IMG/VR virus record: IMGVR_UViG_3300025913_000028
Strand: one strand, 5' to 3'
DNA from: an uncultured virus (IMG/VR IMGVR_UViG_3300025913_000028)
Lineage: Duplodnaviria > Heunggongvirae > Uroviricota > Caudoviricetes
Length of the DNA stretch: 64,000 bases
The first letter of the stretch is position 1. Every line of letters begins with the position of its first letter. The notes beneath the pieces were generated by a model. That model ran no database searches. It saw only the letters and a program-made list of their open reading frames with translations, and was not told where the DNA came from. This document shows, piece by piece, positions 45,068 through 54,627 of this stretch. A program made the translations under genes and the position numbers.

Positions 45068-45597
45068 CCAAGAAGATCACGCCCGCCTCGAAGGAACCGC
45101 GCTACCAGACCTCGGATCTCATGATCCGCATCATGCGGCTGCACGCTGCCATCGAGGAGTACACCTGGACGCCCGAGGAGCAGCGCAAGCACCAGGAGGC
45201 GATCAGTCAGGGCAAGCAGTACGTCAGCCCGCCGTTCCACGAGCTCGACGACAACAAGATGGTGGAGCGTCTCCGCCGTGCAGCGAAGAAGGCCACCCTC
45301 AACGAGGCCGACGAGACGCAGAAGGACCTCATTCACGAAGCTGGCATCGCGTCAGGGTGGACCAGCGCTGCTCAGTACGTCCTGAACAAGGCGATCGCCA
45401 AGTTCACCGAGGGTGCTCTTCCCGAAGCGGAGGCTCTTCGCTTGGTGTCGGTCGACGTCAACGAAATGGGCAGCAAGCTCTACATGGACTACGTCGAGCA
45501 GCGTGAGAAGCACGCCGGCGAGAAGATCGCGGTGATGAAGATCGCGGTGATGGTCCCGGCGCCCGCGAAGCCCAAGCGATCCCACAAGAAGAAGTGA
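45064..45597 (+). CDS. Hypothetical protein
   Basis: ATGA overlap. Confidence 0.8.
   Translation: MTKKITPASKEPRYQTSDLMIRIMRLHAAIEEYTWTPEEQRKHQEAISQGKQYVSPPFHELDDNKMVERLRRAAKKATLNEADETQKDLIHEAGIASGWTSAAQYVLNKAIAKFTEGALPEAEALRLVSVDVNEMGSKLYMDYVEQREKHAGEKIAVMKIAVMVPAPAKPKRSHKKK
45522..45551 (+). repeat. Perfect 15-bp tandem duplication (KIAVM x2)
   Basis: GAAGATCGCGGTGAT repeated twice. Confidence 0.9.
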
Positions 45598-46523
45598 TGG
45601 GCTACGGAATCAGCAACGTCTGGCCCGACTGGGTCAACAACCTCGCCAACTGGTACAGGAACGCAACCATGGGTCCCACGAACAAAGAAGTCGCGCAGGG
45701 CATGCTCCTGCGTGAGGTGTACGCAGAGATGCTGCACCGCGCCGTCACCAACAACTACTTCGACCGAGAGCACCCCGTGCGTTCCACGCACATCCGGGAC
45801 ATCCCCGTCGACGTCATCCTGAAGTACTACGTGAACCTGCACACGTTCATGTACGAGATGTCGAAGGAGCAGCGGAAGGAGTGCGCCTCGAACCTCCTCG
45901 ACAAGGTCCTCGCCGAGCTCTACGCCGACCAGTCCACGATCTCGAAGGCGGTGCCGGAGCGATGGCTGAAGGTGCCAGTGGACGAGCCCAACACCGGCAA
46001 GCTTCTGCCGAGCAAGCGCGTCAGCATCATCTGCTGCGACTTCGATGGGGTCCTGCACTCCTACACGTCGGGCTGGATGGGCGGCGCCCACATCATCGTG
46101 GATGACCCGGTTCCGGGAGCGATGGCGTGGCTCGCCCAGATGGCGCACGACGATCGCTTCCAGGTCTGCGTCTACAGCAGCCGAAGCAAGGACGCCGGCG
46201 GCATCGAGGCGATGAAGGCGTGGTTGCTCAAGCACCTCATCGTCTTCTACGAGAAGGAAGTCGGCGGACTCGACCTGGAGGAGCTTGCACCGGCCTCTCA
46301 GTTCGTCATCGACGCTCTGGAGTTCCCGACCCAGAAGCCCGCCTCCAACATGATGATCGACGATCGTGCCTTCTGCTTCGAGGGCAAGTTCCCGAACGTC
46401 GACTGGCTGCTCTCGTTCAAGCCGTGGAACAAGCGGCCGCCTCCCGAGTGCATCGGATGCACCGAAGAGACGGGGCCGGATCCCGAGTGCCCGAAGTGCG
46501 GTCCTTCGACGGCGGCAGGCTGA
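45597..46523 (+). CDS. Fusion protein with a C-terminal HAD-like phosphatase domain
   Basis: CDFDGVLHSY, PVPGA, VYSSR, KP...IDDRA. Confidence 0.8.
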   Translation: MGYGISNVWPDWVNNLANWYRNATMGPTNKEVAQGMLLREVYAEMLHRAVTNNYFDREHPVRSTHIRDIPVDVILKYYVNLHTFMYEMSKEQRKECASNLLDKVLAELYADQSTISKAVPERWLKVPVDEPNTGKLLPSKRVSIICCDFDGVLHSYTSGWMGGAHIIVDDPVPGAMAWLAQMAHDDRFQVCVYSSRSKDAGGIEAMKAWLLKHLIVFYEKEVGGLDLEELAPASQFVIDALEFPTQKPASNMMIDDRAFCFEGKFPNVDWLLSFKPWNKRPPPECIGCTEETGPDPECPKCGPSTAAG

Positions 46524-46720
46524 TGCCCATCCCTCACGAGTTCGAGGGCGGTGCCACGATGGCTGATCACATCGGCCCCGAGGACCGCCTCTGTCGCTGG
46601 TGCGGCGAGGAAGTCGAACACACCAACCACAAGAACGCGGACAGCACCGACTACTTCGATACGGACACCGTGTTCGACCGGATGCGTGCCGATGGCTCCA
46701 TCGCCCCGAAGGTAGGATGA
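46523..46720 (+). CDS. Small hypothetical protein
   Basis: TGATG overlap; CxxC. Confidence 0.65.
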   Translation: MPIPHEFEGGATMADHIGPEDRLCRWCGEEVEHTNHKNADSTDYFDTDTVFDRMRADGSIAPKVG

Positions 46721-47274
46721 ACATGCCGAGGAAGAGCAAGCTCGAAATCAAGATCGAGGAGCTGGAGAAGGCAACGAAGGCAGAGCGGAACACGCTGCAC
46801 GAGCGCATCCGGGAGCTGGAGCGCGAGAAGGTCTCAATGATCGCTGACCATGGCACCGCCAAGCTGCGCTTCGAGGAGATGTTGCGCGACCAGCGCGAGG
46901 AGATGAATCAGTACGTTCTCGCCGGCATGCTTCTGATGCGGGAGACGATGCGGGCCAAGCTGCGGATGAACAGCACCGTGGAAGCGATCGCGATGCAGCA
47001 CACATACGTCGGCATCAAGGCCCTCATGCCGTACATCGACACCGGCTTGCTCGGGCTGAACGTCCAGAGCCTCACCATCTTCGCCGATCGCGTCGCCGAG
47101 CTGCTCGACAAGGGCAAGCTCGTCCCTCCGAGCATGGGCGATCTGGTGAAGGCGCTCGGTGGCAAGGACGCCATCGAAAAGGAGATGCTCGACCTGATGG
47201 GTGAGAACTTGGAGTTCCCGCCTTGGCACGACAAGTCCTACCGTGAGCCCGTGAAGAAGAAGGAGACAGCATGA
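46717..47274 (+). CDS. Coiled-coil hypothetical protein
   Basis: ATGA overlap. Confidence 0.75.
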   Translation: MNMPRKSKLEIKIEELEKATKAERNTLHERIRELEREKVSMIADHGTAKLRFEEMLRDQREEMNQYVLAGMLLMRETMRAKLRMNSTVEAIAMQHTYVGIKALMPYIDTGLLGLNVQSLTIFADRVAELLDKGKLVPPSMGDLVKALGGKDAIEKEMLDLMGENLEFPPWHDKSYREPVKKKETA

Positions 47275-47579
47275 CCGAGAAAGTCATCGAGCTCACGATG
47301 GAGCAGGTCGAGAAGAAGTTGCTCGACACCGGGATCGTCTACGCCATCAACAAGCTGATCCTGCATCCGCTGGGGATGGCGCTGTCGATCACCACCAACG
47401 ACGAGGGCCGGACGTATCTCGCCATCGTTCAGACCCCTGGCGGCAACGTGTGGTCGTTCACCAAGGAGGCGGAGCAAGCCGGCAAGGCCAAGCTCCGCGC
47501 CTTCCTCGACAAGGCGGCGCTCCCACCACGGATCTTCAACCGCCTCAATCTCCTGACGAAGGCGAACTACCGTGGCTGA
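47271..47579 (+). CDS. Hypothetical phage protein (IN..ILHPLG.AL)
   Basis: AAGGAG SD. Confidence 0.75.
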   Translation: MTEKVIELTMEQVEKKLLDTGIVYAINKLILHPLGMALSITTNDEGRTYLAIVQTPGGNVWSFTKEAEQAGKAKLRAFLDKAALPPRIFNRLNLLTKANYRG

Positions 47580-48009
47580 TGCTCTTCAGGAGCTCGAAGA
47601 GCTCTTCGAGCAGCAGCCCACGGAAGAGCCCTGGGAGCACGTCGACATTCACGAGAGCGGGCACCGCACTGAGTCGTGGACGCGGGTCTACACCAGCAAC
47701 CACTACTCGTTCGATGTCAGCTTCGAGCGGGACGCCAAGCTCATCGTGGCGCTGCGGAACAACGTTCCCGAGCTTCTGAAGGAGTTGAAGAAGTTGCGGG
47801 AGTTCCATGCGCGGATGACGAAGAAGCACCCCACGCCTCAACATGGCTTCGGCTACGTCAGCGTGGCCGATCTACGGGAGAGGGCGGACCTGGACCACAT
47901 CAGTGCCGGAGAGGCGCAGGCGTGGTCCCAGGCTGCCGATGCTCTCGAAGCGATGGAGGAGCGTGCCAGCAAGGCTGAAGAGGCGCTTCGTGCGAGAGGA
48001 ACATCATGA
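47572..48009 (+). CDS. Ead/Ea22-like hypothetical protein
   Basis: PTEEPW..DAKLIVALRNNVPELL. Confidence 0.55.
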   Translation: MADALQELEELFEQQPTEEPWEHVDIHESGHRTESWTRVYTSNHYSFDVSFERDAKLIVALRNNVPELLKELKKLREFHARMTKKHPTPQHGFGYVSVADLRERADLDHISAGEAQAWSQAADALEAMEERASKAEEALRARGTS

Positions 48010-48134
48010 CCGCACGTCTCGTCTTCGGCGGGCTGGTGACCCTGGGCTTCATCCTGATGCTCGCCGCCGCCTTCCACCACTTCGACCAGGAACCACGACA
48101 TGAAGAACCCGTTCAAGAGCGCAGCAACGGCTGA
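48006..48134 (+). CDS. Small membrane peptide
   Basis: ATGA overlap; TM segment. Confidence 0.55.
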   Translation: MTARLVFGGLVTLGFILMLAAAFHHFDQEPRHEEPVQERSNG

Positions 48135-48666
48135 CGAGTTCCTCTCGATGCTTCGCAAGGAGGCCGAGAGGATCCGCGGCAAGAAGTTCAGGTACTGGAA
48201 GGTCAGCCAGGTCTGGATGGACACCGATCGCTTGGTCTTCACCATCGATGCCGACTACATCTCCAGCAAGGAGCGGCACCGGCACATCGACTGGCTGGAG
48301 CTGGTGACGGGGACTCACTACTACGAGTTCCCGGGGAACTCTCGGCTCGGGAGGTGGCACGGCTACTCCGACTTCGAGATCCACAGCTCCAGCGGTGGGA
48401 GCGGGAAGTACGACAGCACGTACAGGAAATCGGCGTACGTCTACCTCAAGCATCTTCCGAAGCTCAAGAAGCTGGTCGAGCGCAACGAGAAGATCCGCAA
48501 GGGCGAGGGCATGGCTGTCTCGAAGAACGCCGAGCTCAGAAGGATGGACACCGAGCTCAGTGTCCTTCAGGCCAACCACGCCGAGCTCATGCAGAAGATC
48601 CGAACCGAGTACCGCTCGGAGAACCCAACGACCGACCCCATCAACGGACGGTTGATCCGCGGGTAG
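48100..48666 (+). CDS. Hypothetical protein
   Basis: ORF with SD. Confidence 0.8.
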   Translation: MKNPFKSAATADEFLSMLRKEAERIRGKKFRYWKVSQVWMDTDRLVFTIDADYISSKERHRHIDWLELVTGTHYYEFPGNSRLGRWHGYSDFEIHSSSGGSGKYDSTYRKSAYVYLKHLPKLKKLVERNEKIRKGEGMAVSKNAELRRMDTELSVLQANHAELMQKIRTEYRSENPTTDPINGRLIRG

Positions 48667-48912
48667 GTGCCTCGTCCCAAACAACTTGATGTTGACGGAG
48701 TAGATGTGACCGAAGAGCAGTACGACCAAGAGAAGGCCTACCTCATCATCGTGTTCCTGCTCATGGCGATGGCCTTCATCGGCTACGCCCGCTACCACGA
48801 CGACCATGAACGCCAGAAGTGCGTCCGGGATGGTGGGTACGTCGAGCAGGTTCTGGATGAGCAGGGGCGGCCTACCGAGGACTGGACCTGCCGGATGGAA
48901 GACAGGGATTGA
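48667..48912 (+). CDS. Small membrane protein
   Basis: TM segment. Confidence 0.65.
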   Translation: MPRPKQLDVDGVDVTEEQYDQEKAYLIIVFLLMAMAFIGYARYHDDHERQKCVRDGGYVEQVLDEQGRPTEDWTCRMEDRD

Positions 48913-48914
48913 AC

Positions 48915-49139
48915 ATGAGCAACTTGAAGATCGAGATCGAGCAAGAGGAAGATGGGCGCTGGATCGGGGAGGTGGATGCCCTTCCCGGTGCCATGGCCTA
49001 CGGAGACAGCCAGGAGCAGGCGGTCGTTCACACGCGGGCGGTGGCTCTCCGTACGCTCGCCGATCGGCTGGACAACGGAGAAGCCCTGCCCGAGGGCGTC
49101 GATCGCTGGCTGATGGAGATGCTCCCGAGGCGGACGTGA
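48915..49139 (+). CDS. hicB: HicB-family antitoxin (N-terminal domain only, orphan)
   Basis: IEIEQEEDGRWIGEVDALPGAMAYGDSQEQA..LADRL..GE.LP. Confidence 0.85.
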   Translation: MSNLKIEIEQEEDGRWIGEVDALPGAMAYGDSQEQAVVHTRAVALRTLADRLDNGEALPEGVDRWLMEMLPRRT

Positions 49140-49633
49140 AGCAGCCCATCAAGCTCCTCATCAAGATCGGAACCATCAGTTCCGTGATCGACATGATGCG
49201 CTACGACATGTGCTTCCCGGCGACCGAGGAGGACTCACGGAAGCTGGAGCGCGCCCAGATGGGTGGTGGGCCACGGTCGCGAATGGATCACCTCGTGAAG
49301 TTCCTCGCCGTTTCTCAGAGTGCTCCCACCGAAGCCCGGTGGCGGTCTTTCGGCTGCGAGGTGCTGGCGGTCGGCGAGAAGGCGGTCAACAAGGAGTACG
49401 AGCGTCTGTACGAGCTGGAAAGGGACTCCGTGAAGAAGGCCAACAAGACCCTCACCAAGAACGAGGCGATGCGCTTGCACGAGGAGGCTCCCGCCCTCAC
49501 CGTCAAGGAGCTCCGACGACTGAACAAGCTGCACTTCGGCAGCGAGTTCTTGTCTTCGGCGGACAAGAAGACCATCGTTCGGGTGTTCCGACAGTCGCTG
49601 GACAAGTTCATGGTGGAGGCCACGAAGTCATGA
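49136..49633 (+). CDS. Hypothetical protein (DMMRYD.CFP, RW.SFG)
   Basis: GTGA overlap. Confidence 0.75.
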   Translation: MKQPIKLLIKIGTISSVIDMMRYDMCFPATEEDSRKLERAQMGGGPRSRMDHLVKFLAVSQSAPTEARWRSFGCEVLAVGEKAVNKEYERLYELERDSVKKANKTLTKNEAMRLHEEAPALTVKELRRLNKLHFGSEFLSSADKKTIVRVFRQSLDKFMVEATKS

Positions 49634-49926
49634 ATGACGAGGAGCTCAAGAAGCTGAAGCACATGCTCGATGCCGCCGTCGAGCACTGCCGGCTCCAACA
49701 CCAGGAGTTGCGGTACGAGGTCGTCACCTTCGAGGATGACGCCATCGTGAACTTGGTGTTGAAGCTCCCGATGGCTCTCGGCCGAAATCGGCTTCCCGAC
49801 TACGACTTCAAGCCCGAGCTCCACATCAAGGTCCGCGGACACACGCGGAACGCTGTGCTCGGGGACATCACGTCCCGGATGCAGGAGACGCTGACGGGCC
49901 TGAAGTCGTTCCTCGGCGTTCCGTGA
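49630..49926 (+). CDS. Hypothetical protein
   Basis: ATGA overlap. Confidence 0.75.
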   Translation: MNDEELKKLKHMLDAAVEHCRLQHQELRYEVVTFEDDAIVNLVLKLPMALGRNRLPDYDFKPELHIKVRGHTRNAVLGDITSRMQETLTGLKSFLGVP

Positions 49927-50013
49927 CGGTGGGTCGCAGGTGGGGCGTGGCTGTCACGCCTGCGACCCGGGAACGCTGTGATTCGCCGGCCCGCTCTGTG
50001 CGTTGCGGGAGGC

Positions 50014-50202
50014 ATGACCCTCCTCACCCTCATCGCGATTCTTCTCGGCTTCGGTGTCCTTCTGTGGGCGATCTCGATGCTCCCGTGGATCGACGCCAAC
50101 ATCAAGAAGGTCATCTACGTGATCGCTGTCGTCTTCCTCGTGTTGTGGCTGCTCTCGGCCATCACCGGGCACAGCGCGGTGCTGAACCCGCGGCTGTGGT
50201 AG
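50014..50202 (+). CDS. Thivi_2564-like two-TM small membrane protein
   Basis: GGAGG SD; GVLLWAI..P.ID.NIKKVI..V..VLWLL. Confidence 0.65.
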   Translation: MTLLTLIAILLGFGVLLWAISMLPWIDANIKKVIYVIAVVFLVLWLLSAITGHSAVLNPRLW

Positions 50203-50211
50203 CCTCCATGC

Positions 50212-50490
50212 ATGGCTGAAACCAGGGAAGGCGCCCCCACAGTCGGTTGGAAGCTCGGCGATCCTCCGCCGGGCTACTACCGTTTGCAGCTCACGTGCGA
50301 GTTCTGCGGAGCTCGCAACGGCTACATCTGGCCGACCTCCTCTTCTTTTGCCCTCGGCATGAAGATCGAGGCGCCCCCTGGTTCGAGTGACTTCGGCATC
50401 TGCCGTCGTTGCGGAAAGAGCGATCGATGCGTGGTGACAACGGCTCCCCCGACTCCTCCGCCCAAGGCCCCGGAGCCCTGGTCGTACTGA
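50212..50490 (+). CDS. Zinc-ribbon protein
   Basis: CEFC..CRRC. Confidence 0.7.
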   Translation: MAETREGAPTVGWKLGDPPPGYYRLQLTCEFCGARNGYIWPTSSSFALGMKIEAPPGSSDFGICRRCGKSDRCVVTTAPPTPPPKAPEPWSY

Positions 50491-50810
50491 GCCCTGAGCA
50501 CGGTCAGATCGCGAAGGCGACGACGTGGCTCGTGCAGGAGCACGAAGGTCAGCGTCTCGTCGCGATCCCGCAGCTCCGTGTCGAGCAGCAAGCCTCTCTC
50601 CGCATCATCACGGGGACGGGGCTCTCGCAGATCTTCAAGGACTGCACGCTCAAGACCGCGGAGTGGGAAGAGGAAGCTGGCTTCGTCGGCGGTTCCTGGC
50701 AGCTCTGGCGTCGGAGCATGCCCGACCTCGCGAAGAGCGGCTTCGTGCTGGGCACACAGAACTTCAACATCGAGCGCGCCGTTCGTGGCCTGAGCATCAT
50801 GTTGCGGTGA
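50487..50810 (+). CDS. Hypothetical protein (start uncertain, possibly CTG)
   Basis: Coding-like frame begins at a CTGA overlap. Confidence 0.55.
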   Translation: MSPEHGQIAKATTWLVQEHEGQRLVAIPQLRVEQQASLRIITGTGLSQIFKDCTLKTAEWEEEAGFVGGSWQLWRRSMPDLAKSGFVLGTQNFNIERAVRGLSIMLR

Positions 50811-50824
50811 GCTGACGAAGGCCC

Positions 50825-50853
50825 TTGACCGGGCTGTATGCTCTCTGTATTCT
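50825..50853 (+). promoter_or_regulatory. Sigma70-type promoter, probably leaderless
   Basis: TTGACC-17 bp-TATTCT; ATG 7 nt downstream with no SD. Confidence 0.65.
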
Positions 50854-50860
50854 CCTTCGC

Positions 50861-51865
50861 ATGACACCTCCGCGAAGGCCTGGAACTCCCAGCCCCGGTC
50901 CTGTTGGCCGCCTAGCTGCTGCCGTGGGCTCTCGCCCGAACGTTCCGCCGCGACCCACGAACCCGCACGTGCGGGACTACACGAAGGGTCTCGCGGAGCG
51001 CGCCAAGGGCCTCGGCCAAGAGCAGAAGGTGCCGATCCCGAACCTCGCGGCGGCTCATGCGGAGTACCGTCCGGAGAAGGACGGGCCGATGACGCTGTCG
51101 AGCATCGCCGTAGCCCAGGAGAACATCAGGAACATGGACGAGAACGACCGCAAGCCCTCCCTCAGCCCCGAGACCATCGCGGGGTTGTCCGCCCTCCACC
51201 AGCAGACGGCCGCTCAGCAGAAGCCGCCTGCGCCGCCTCCTCCGCAACAGCCGGTGCCGCAGGACACCGCCGCAGCGGAGGCGAAGCCCGCCGAAGCGAA
51301 GAAGAGCGTCACCAAGCTCTCGGACGACGAAGCTCAGCGTCTCACGGAGACGTCGGACATCGACTTCGACCTGATGATGCAGCGTCTGCGCAACGACGTC
51401 CTCAACAACGAGGAGGAGCGCAAGGCGGTCGAGAGTCGTGTGAAGGAGATGAACCTCGCCGACGGTCTCGCCAGCGGTGAGTTCAGGCAGCACGTTCCGA
51501 TCAAGCCGGGTGCGCTGGAGGTCGTGTTCCGCTCGATCTCGCCGCTGGAGAACGAGGAGATCCGTCAGAAGCTGCTGGAGCAGCAGCTCGAAGACGAGAA
51601 GCTCGCGAACTCCTCGGTGCTCAGCGAGCGCTACGGCTTCATGCAGACCGTCGCGGCGGTGCACTCCATCAACGGCCAGGAGATGCCGAAGCACATCGGT
51701 GTCGAGAAGGGCATGCGCGTCTTCAAGTGGGACGTGTTCACCAAGAAGGTGCAGCTCTTCATGGGCTACCCGAGCCCGTTCATCCACTCGCTCTCCACCC
51801 ACGCGTACTGGTTCGACCTGCGGGTGCGCAAGCTCTTCAGCTCGACCTCGCTAAAAAATGGCTAG
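50861..51865 (+). CDS. Putative tail assembly chaperone (gpG-like) with a slippery end
   Basis: Ends CTA AAA AAT GGC TAG; low-complexity N-terminus. Confidence 0.55.
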   Translation: MTPPRRPGTPSPGPVGRLAAAVGSRPNVPPRPTNPHVRDYTKGLAERAKGLGQEQKVPIPNLAAAHAEYRPEKDGPMTLSSIAVAQENIRNMDENDRKPSLSPETIAGLSALHQQTAAQQKPPAPPPPQQPVPQDTAAAEAKPAEAKKSVTKLSDDEAQRLTETSDIDFDLMMQRLRNDVLNNEEERKAVESRVKEMNLADGLASGEFRQHVPIKPGALEVVFRSISPLENEEIRQKLLEQQLEDEKLANSSVLSERYGFMQTVAAVHSINGQEMPKHIGVEKGMRVFKWDVFTKKVQLFMGYPSPFIHSLSTHAYWFDLRVRKLFSSTSLKNG

Positions 51866-52272
51866 CGACTTCTGTGGGGTGGGCTCTCGGGAACGTCATG
51901 TACGACAAGTACCCGGGCCTTCCCCCGCCGAACTCCCCACAGGAGTCGCTCTTCATGCTCATCGCTCTTCGGCGGATGGAAGCGGAACTTCTCTCGACCC
52001 GAGCTCTCGTTCACGCAGGCATCACGTCGGAGTCGCAGGTCGAACCCATCGTCAAGGCGTTCCAGGAGTACGCCGACAAGACCCTCCCGTTCTTGGCCAA
52101 CGCCCAGAACCTCGATCAGCAGGCCGAGAAGGAAGCCCTGCTTCGCTTCACGAAGATCAAGGCGCGGATCAACAAGACCGAGCTCTACAAGAAGAAGGCT
52201 GCCCTGCTCCGTAAGGGAGCATCGAAGCCACCCGACAAGTTCAAGCTCCAGCCCCGCATGCCGGGCCTCTGA
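51859..52272 (+). CDS. -1 frame extension (gpT-like)
   Basis: Open -1 frame with coding-like codon usage starting at the slippery site. Confidence 0.55.
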   Translation, partial: WLATSVGWALGNVMYDKYPGLPPPNSPQESLFMLIALRRMEAELLSTRALVHAGITSESQVEPIVKAFQEYADKTLPFLANAQNLDQQAEKEALLRFTKIKARINKTELYKKKAALLRKGASKPPDKFKLQPRMPGL

Positions 52273-52281
52273 GGAAACAAC

Positions 52282-52620
52282 GTGCGCGAGATCAACATCT
52301 ACGGTGACCGGATGGATGGCGGCTTCCAGGACTTCTACGAGAGGGCCTTCGAGCCGGAGTTCATCCCGACGATCGACTTCGAGTTCAAGTGGCCCGCGGG
52401 CTACTGGGAGGAGTACGACAAGCTCGCACTCCAGGCGAAGGCCGTCTCGAAGTCCGATCAGGTCCGCATCGTGGTCTTGCTCAACGGCAAGTACCAGGTG
52501 CGGGCGAAGAAGGCGCGGGGCTCTCAGTTCCAGTCCTTCAGCGGGCCGGAGTCTCACGACCGTCTCATCGCGTGGAACGAGTTCATCAAGCTCGTCGAGC
52601 GCACCAACGGGAGGCAGTGA
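52282..52620 (+). CDS. Hypothetical protein
   Basis: GAGG SD; GTG start. Confidence 0.75.
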   Translation: MREINIYGDRMDGGFQDFYERAFEPEFIPTIDFEFKWPAGYWEEYDKLALQAKAVSKSDQVRIVVLLNGKYQVRAKKARGSQFQSFSGPESHDRLIAWNEFIKLVERTNGRQ

Positions 52621-52622
52621 AC

Positions 52623-53120
52623 ATGGACAACCAGCAGCTCTACACGCACGAGGCCTTCGCGAAGCTCTCCACCAGTGAGAAGCGCGCTGCTCTCCACTAC
52701 GTGTCGCCGACGCTCGCGGAGTACGGCAAGGATGCCGACGACGTCGAGCTCATCGACCTCTACAAGCAGGCCGCCAACACCGACTCGGTGCCGGTGGTTC
52801 CTCTCGTTTTGGCGAGCGACGGCAAGCACTTCGCTCTCGGTGAGGCTCTGCACTCTCCGCCGGAGCTCTCGACCAATGCAGGGTGGACGGCGGAGGACCA
52901 GGAGTACTACAGCGCCGTGGCGATGGACATGTACATCTCTTCGGCGGAGATGGCCGGACTCGGCTTCTTCGACACCACGTACCAGTACTCGATCCCCGAC
53001 ATCTTGCTCGAAGCCAGCCGAAGGCAGCGTCTGGGTCAGCCGGCCCCGACGAAGGAAGAACTCGATGCGCGCTGGAAGGCGTTTCGTGCACGGCTCGAAG
53101 CCGAGAAGCGGGGTGTGTGA
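52623..53120 (+). CDS. Hypothetical protein
   Basis: GGAGG SD. Confidence 0.75.
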   Translation: MDNQQLYTHEAFAKLSTSEKRAALHYVSPTLAEYGKDADDVELIDLYKQAANTDSVPVVPLVLASDGKHFALGEALHSPPELSTNAGWTAEDQEYYSAVAMDMYISSAEMAGLGFFDTTYQYSIPDILLEASRRQRLGQPAPTKEELDARWKAFRARLEAEKRGV

Positions 53121-54151
53121 TGGATCAGCAGGTCTACATCTGCTCGAAGTGTGGCTGCCCCGACCTGGAGATGTCCAAGTCGAGCATCATCGTGAGCGCG
53201 GATCAGAAGAAGGTCCGCTGCCCGAACTGCAAGTGGGAGGGCACTCTGTCGGAGACGACGGGCATCCTCACCACCGAGAAGATCTTCGACGTGAAGGCGG
53301 TGCTGAACCTCCTCCTGTTCGTGACGACGAAGCACGCCGCCGGCCCGATCGCGCAGGCGCTCGTCTTCATCGGCCTCATCGAGAAGGGCGACCAGGAGGG
53401 CATCGACTCCGTGATGCGTGCCGCCACCGAGGGCATCATCGAGAAGGCCTTCATGGCGGCTGCCGAGCACGCAGCGAAGAAGGGCAACATCGGGGAGGAG
53501 AAGCCCGTCGGCAAGATCGATGCTCCTCCGGGCTCGGAAGTCGTCGCCGGCGAGTCGATGGGCATCATCAACACCAACGCGATCCACAAGCTGGAGATCC
53601 TCGGTGGTGACGACCCTCGCTCCGACATCCAGGAGCAGGTGAAGAACCGCGACTCGGGGGCTGCGCTCGATCTCCCCGACATCCCTCCCAAGGACCTCAA
53701 GCAGCTCATGAAGCTGCTCGACGCCCCCATCACCGGCCCGATCCTCATGGCCCAGGACACGGCGAGAGACATGGGCATCGACGTCGATGGGCTGAACGCC
53801 GGCAAGGAGACCGTTCCGTTCCCGCCCGAGATGACGGCGGAGAACGCCGAGCTCTTCAACATCTACACCGGCGAGTACGACCCGGACTGGCTGAAGCGTG
53901 AGAACGCGAAGGTGCCGGTCGCGAAGAGGGCGATGAACCGGCTGTGGGAGTTCTACATCGCTCCCCGTCTCCTGCCTCGCTTCTTCGAGGCCGAGAAGAC
54001 CGAGGGACAGGAGATCGCCGGCATCCTCGTGCCCGAGTTCATCTTCCGGACGTGGACGGAGGTGTACGGGGAGGACGCCACGATGCTCGGGCACAAGATC
54101 ATCATCGATCTCGGAGGAGACTTCAGGATCGCCACCAGGAGCTCGACGTGA
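53120..54151 (+). CDS. Hypothetical protein with an N-terminal zinc ribbon
   Basis: CSKC..CPNC. Confidence 0.8.
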   Translation: MDQQVYICSKCGCPDLEMSKSSIIVSADQKKVRCPNCKWEGTLSETTGILTTEKIFDVKAVLNLLLFVTTKHAAGPIAQALVFIGLIEKGDQEGIDSVMRAATEGIIEKAFMAAAEHAAKKGNIGEEKPVGKIDAPPGSEVVAGESMGIINTNAIHKLEILGGDDPRSDIQEQVKNRDSGAALDLPDIPPKDLKQLMKLLDAPITGPILMAQDTARDMGIDVDGLNAGKETVPFPPEMTAENAELFNIYTGEYDPDWLKRENAKVPVAKRAMNRLWEFYIAPRLLPRFFEAEKTEGQEIAGILVPEFIFRTWTEVYGEDATMLGHKIIIDLGGDFRIATRSST

Positions 54152-54345
54152 AGCTCCTCATCGAGGAAGTCGAGAACGGCTTCGTGGTCGAGGAGATCAC
54201 GGAGATCAAGTTCGGCAAGGAGCCCTTGCCGGGCAAGAAGTACGTGTTCACCAACTCGGCGGACACGACTGCCCTCGAAGCGATGCAGAAGTTCACCACG
54301 GACTTCTACTCGAAGCGCCCCCACAAGAACGCCCGGAAGGAGTAG
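54148..54345 (+). CDS. Small phage protein (IEEVENGFVV)
   Basis: GTGA overlap. Confidence 0.7.
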   Translation: MKLLIEEVENGFVVEEITEIKFGKEPLPGKKYVFTNSADTTALEAMQKFTTDFYSKRPHKNARKE

Positions 54346-54348
54346 CTC

Positions 54349-54627
54349 ATGGACTTCCCGCCCACGTCCCACGGAATCCCCAAGTCGGAGATGAAGTTCA
54401 TCGTCTCCGACAGCGTGCGGGTCTACCTCGATGGCAAGCTCCAGAGCTACGTCACGAAGCTCGACACCAAGCTGGGGACGCTCACTCGTCTCGTGCCCGA
54501 GACGAAGCCGGACGAGCGAGGCCTCATGGGATTTCACACCGAGGAGGTCCACGGTGTCATCCGCGTCGTCTATGACGAGGCGTGGCAGCGGAAGGGCCCT
54601 CCGACCTCTGACTTGGAGCCAGAGTGA
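54349..54627 (+). CDS. Hypothetical protein
   Basis: AAGGAG SD. Confidence 0.75.
   Translation: MDFPPTSHGIPKSEMKFIVSDSVRVYLDGKLQSYVTKLDTKLGTLTRLVPETKPDERGLMGFHTEEVHGVIRVVYDEAWQRKGPPTSDLEPE

Noticed and set aside
28071..48669. In-frame TAG directly followed by a start (28073/28074, 44419/44420, 48666/48667), suggesting amber recoding or readthrough
   Set aside because: The flanking ORFs can be unrelated complete proteins (ACP and Thg1), no recognisable enzyme is interrupted by TAG, and other TAGs lie at terminators
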